Source: Flectonema sp. DT1601
Lineage: Eukaryota
DNA: 64,000 nt
Assembly: GCA_964019425.1 (NCBI GenBank)
Contig: OZ025798.1
Coordinates: 868,001-932,000 of the forward strand
Direction of reading: 5' to 3'
Shown: positions 60,101 through 64,000 of the stretch, one piece after another
How positions within the stretch are numbered: the stretch's first letter is position 1
Layout: each line of letters starts with the position of its first letter
Translations under genes and position numbers: made by a program
The notes under the pieces: model-generated
The model's database searches: none
What the model was told of the DNA's origin: nothing
The model's input: only the letters and a program-made list of their open reading frames with translations

Positions 60101-63100
60101 TTGGTCACCTCTGACTTGCTTATTCGGGGAGGTGAATGATCCGGTGTCGAGATGCGAGTTAGACCAAAGTAAGAAAAGACATCTTTTTGGTCACCTCTGA
60201 CTTGCTTATTCAGGGAGGTGAATGATCCGGTGTCGAGATGCGAGTTAGACCAAAGTAAGAAAAGACATCTTTTTGGTCACCTCTGACTTGCTTATTCAGG
60301 GAGGTGAATGATCCGGTGTCGAGATGTGAGTTAGACCAAAGTAAGAAAAGACATCTTTTTGGTCACCTCTGACTTGCTTATTCAGGGAGGTGAATGATCC
60401 GGTGTCGAGATGTGAGTTAGACCAAAGTAAGAAAAGACATCTTTTTGGTCACCTCTGACTTGCTTATTCAGGGAGGTGAATGATCCGGTGTCGAGATGCG
60501 AGTTAGACCAAAGTAAGAAAAGACATCTTTTTGGTCACCTCTGACTTGCTTATTCAGGGAGGTGAATGATCCGGTGTCGAGATGCGCGTTAGACCAAAGT
60601 AAGAAAAGACATCTTTTTGGTCACCTCTGACTTGCTTATTCAGGGAGGTGAATGATCCGGTGTCGAGATGCGAGTTAGACCAAAGTAAGAAAAGACATCT
60701 TTTTGGTCACCTCTGACTTGCTTATTCAGGGAGGTGAATGATCCGGTGTCGAGATGCGCGTTAGACCAAAGTAAGAAAAGACATCTTTTTGGTCACCTCT
60801 GACTTGCTTATTCAGGGAGGTGAATGATCCGGTGTCGAGATGCGAGTTAGACCAAAGTAAGAAAAGACATCTTTTTGGTCACCTCTGACTTGCTTATTCA
60901 GGGAGGTGAATGATCCGGTGTCGAGATGCGAGTTAGACCAAAGTAAGAAAAGACATCTTTTTGGTCACCTCTGACTTGCTTATTCAGGGAGGTGAATGAT
61001 CCGGTGTCGAGATGTGAGTTAGACCAAAGTAAGAAAAGACATCTTTTTGGTCACCTCTGACTTGCTTATTCAGGGAGGTGAATGATCCGGTGTCGAGATG
61101 TGAGTTAGACCAAAGTAAGAAAAGACATCTTTTTGGTCACCTCTGACTTGCTTATTCAGGGAGGTGAATGATCCGGTGTCGAGATGCGAGTTAGACCAAA
61201 GTAAGAAAAGACATCTTTTTGGTCACCTCTGACTTGCTTATTCAGGGAGGTGAATGATCCGGTGTCGAGATGCGCGTTAGACCAAAGTAAGAAAAGACAT
61301 CTTTTTGGTCACCTCTGACTTGCTTATTCAGGGAGGTGAATGATCCGGTGTCGAGATGTGAGTTAGACCAAAGTAAGAAAAGACATCTTTTTGGTCACCT
61401 CTGACTTGCTTATTCAGGGAGGTGAATGATCCGGTGTCGAGATGCGAGTTAGACCAAAGTAAGAAAAGACATCTTTTTGGTCACCTCTGACTTGCTTATT
61501 CAGGGAGGTGAATGATCCGGTGTCGAGATGTGAGTTAGACCAAAGTAAGAAAAGACATCTTTTTGGTCACCTCTGACTTGCTTATTCAGGGAGGTGAATG
61601 ATCCGGTGTCGAGATGCGAGTTAGACCAAAGTAAGAAAAGACATCTTTTTGGTCACCTCTGACTTGCTTATTCAGGGAGGTGAATGATCCGGTGTCGAGA
61701 TGCGAGTTAGACCAAAGTAAGAAAAGACATCTTTTTGGTCACCTCTGACTTGCTTATTCAGGGAGGTGAATGATCCGGTGTCGAGATGCGCGTTAGACCA
61801 AAGTAAGAAAAGACATCTTTTTGGTCACCTCTGACTTGCTTATTCAGGGAGGTGAATGATCCGGTGTCGAGATGTGAGTTAGACCAAAGTAAGAAAAGAC
61901 ATCTTTTTGGTCACCTCTGACTTGCTTATTCAGGGAGGTGAATGATCCGGTGTCGAGATGTGAGTTAGACCAAAGTAAGAAAAGACATCTTTTTGGTCAC
62001 CTCTGACTTGCTTATTCAGGGAGGTGAATGATCCGGTGTCGAGATGTGAGTTAGACCAAAGTAAGAAAAGACATCTTTTTGGTCACCTCTGACTTGCTTA
62101 TTCAGGGAGGTGAATGATCCGGTGTCGAGATGCGAGTTAGACCAAAGTAAGAAAAGACATCTTTTTGGTCACCTCTGACTTGCTTATTCAGGGAGGTGAA
62201 TGATCCGGTGTCGAGATGCGAGTTAGACCAAAGTAAGAAAAGACATCTTTTTGGTCACCTCTGACTTGCTTATTCAGGGAGGTGAATGATCCGGTGTCGA
62301 GATGCGCGTTAGACCAAAGTAAGAAAAGACATCTTTTTGGTCACCTCTGACTTGCTTATTCAGGGAGGTGAATGATCCGGTGTCGAGATGCGAGTTAGAC
62401 CAAAGTAAGAAAAGACATCTTTTTGGTCACCTCTGACTTGCTTATTCAGGGAGGTGAATGATCCGGTGTCGAGATGCGCGTTAGACCAAAGTAAGAAAAG
62501 ACATCTTTTTGGTCACCTCTGACTTGCTTATTCAGGGAGGTGAATGATCCGGTGTCGAGATGCGAGTTAGACCAAAGTAAGAAAAGACATCTTTTTGGTC
62601 ACCTCTGACTTGCTTATTCAGGGAGGTGAATGATCCGGTGTCGAGATGCGCGTTAGACCAAAGTAAGAAAAGACATCTTTTTGGTCACCTCTGACTTGCT
62701 TATTCAGGGAGGTGAATGATCCGGTGTCGAGATGCGAGTTAGACCAAAGTAAGAAAAGACATCTTTTTGGTCACCTCTGACTTGCTTATTCAGGGAGGTG
62801 AATGATCCGGTGTCGAGATGCGCGTTAGACCAAAGTAAGAAAAGACATCTTTTTGGTCACCTCTGACTTGCTTATTCAGGGAGGTGAATGATCCGGTGTC
62901 GAGATGCGAGTTAGACCAAAGTAAGAAAAGACATCTTTTTGGTCACCTCTGACTTGCTTATTCAGGGAGGTGAATGATCCGGTGTCGAGATGTGAGATCT
63001 TTTTTTTTTTTTTTGGCAACCCTTGTTTTGTGGTTTGTCTTTGTTTGAAAGTTCGAGTAAAAACATCAGTAGTTCAGCAATGATCCCAAATTAAATATTC

Positions 63101-63171
63101 CTTAACAAAAATAAAACAAATCAAAACAGATGTCTCCGCGTAGATCATCTCTCCCTCAATATCACTTCTAA
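57158..63171 (+). CDS. Kelch-repeat protein with coiled-coil/low-complexity C-terminus; exons 57158-59269 and 63130-63171, separated by a 3.86-kb intron containing the tandem array
   Basis: Kelch motifs PSARRYHT..MIVFGG, PVARSHHS..VVFGG, PVARALHS..MFGG. Donor AAT|GTATGT at 59270 and acceptor AAATCAAAACAG at 63129 give last exon MSPRRSSLPQYHF*. Confidence 0.85.
59316..62996 (+). repeat. Tandem array, 86-bp unit, 42 full copies plus 69 bp, intronic
   Basis: Unit AAGACATCTTTTTGGTCACCTCTGACTTGCTTATTCRGGGAGGTGAATGATCCGGTGTCGAGATGYGMGTTAGACCAAAGTAAGAA. Starts at 59316, 59402 ... 62928 keep exact 86-bp periodicity; only three variable positions seen. Confidence 0.98.
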
Positions 63172-63451
63172 TTCAGGAAGAACTGCTGCTGTTGAAAGAA
63201 GCTGGAGAACCGATTATCTCACTTTGCAATTTGTGAAATAAGCAGTAAATATATTGTAATTCTTATTTTTTTTAAGAATCGAATCGAATTTAGAATCCAT
63301 ATTTTAGTAGAAAATGAAGAAAGAAATAAAAACAACTGAAATTGTACCCAAAAAAAAATAAAATAAATAAATAAATGTAGTAACGTACTTACTTAATACT
63401 GTATTATTTTATTGTTTTGTTTTATTTTGTTATCAGTCGTCGTATTCACAA

Positions 63452-64000
63452 ATGATAACGTCAGCTGATGAGCAGTTTCGAGTTATTGAAAAAGCGGAAC
63501 TGACGAATATCGTGGAGTTGCAAAGAAAGAAATTAGAAAATGCTGAAATAAAAATTTATGAAGACAAAAAAGAATTAGAAAAATTAAAAGAAATGTTAGT
63601 AGAGAGCGTTAGAGTTAGTGAACACAGAGGAGAAACAATTAATGAGATGAAAGATGTAATTCAAGAACGCGATGATACGATTCGATTTCTTAGAGAGTCT
63701 GCTAACAGCCTTAGCGATCAAAGTCCTGACTTATCAGAAACACCCGAATATATAACTGCTCTTCGAACAATAGCAAAATTAGAATTCACCGTTACACAAC
63801 TTCGTCAGAGTCAATTTGATAGCGAGCAACAGCTGTCAACAGAGCGTGATGCTCACTCCGAGAAAACTCACCATCTGGAAGCTGCTAATAAAGAATTAAT
63901 ATCAATAGTTGAGCAGTTAAAACAACAAAAGACAATACAATTTGAAAACATCCCGACTGAGGTTAATAAACTACCCCACAATAATCATACACAGAATAGT
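63452..64000 (+). CDS. Coiled-coil protein, 3'-truncated by the window (absent from the ORF track)
   Basis: ATG at 63452 after a T-rich AG site; MITSADEQFRVIEKAELTNIVELQRKKLE... appears open to the window end. Confidence 0.75.
   Translation, partial: MITSADEQFRVIEKAELTNIVELQRKKLENAEIKIYEDKKELEKLKEMLVESVRVSEHRGETINEMKDVIQERDDTIRFLRESANSLSDQSPDLSETPEYITALRTIAKLEFTVTQLRQSQFDSEQQLSTERDAHSEKTHHLEAANKELISIVEQLKQQKTIQFENIPTEVNKLPHNNHTQNS

Noticed and set aside
59316..62996. CRISPR array
   Set aside because: Units are contiguous and near-identical with no unique spacers; no cas genes; eukaryotic intron context.
59316..62996. Hammerhead, twister or HDV ribozyme, SL RNA, 5S rRNA or tRNA array
   Set aside because: No CUGANGA+GAAA core. 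The minus strand has only a superficial twister-like UAA...GAGG layout without the conserved L4. No euglenozoan SL exon, 5S or cloverleaf match. A C/D reading (TGAATGA...CTGA) has a non-canonical C box and no well-placed guide.

Overview
Eukaryotic, AT-rich nuclear DNA with long poly(A)/poly(T) tracts, most likely from a diplonemid (Euglenozoa). The taxon is an inference from three things: ~31 tightly packed genes all on the + strand (kinetoplastid-like directional cluster), pyrimidine-rich AG sites just upstream of many start codons (putative trans-splice acceptors), and a kinetoplastid/diplonemid-type mitochondrial family A DNA polymerase, together with many cis-introns. Recognisable genes: a giant coiled-coil protein with a Roc-COR-like GTPase, ARP3, mitochondrial PolA, COX19, a TTLL ligase, a GT61 glycosyltransferase, RAD51, RPN10, two tandem calmodulins, TRM2/TRMT2A, ZCCHC10-like, SAP30BP-like, a cytochrome P450, a CASTOR/POLLUX-like channel, a degenerate GH13 amylase and a kelch protein. 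I reconstructed 26 introns by hand. They mostly have G/T-rich 5' halves and A/C-rich 3' ends without a polypyrimidine tract, tend to lie near gene 3' ends, and one has a GC donor. The most striking element is a ~43 x 86-bp near-perfect tandem array inside the last intron of the kelch gene. Its unit is highly self-complementary on the transcribed strand, is followed by an AGA motif and carries an 11-nt antisense match to conserved SSU rRNA, so it is a candidate intronic small-RNA array, though a plain satellite is not excluded. All calls come from reading the sequence; no searches or folding programs were run.
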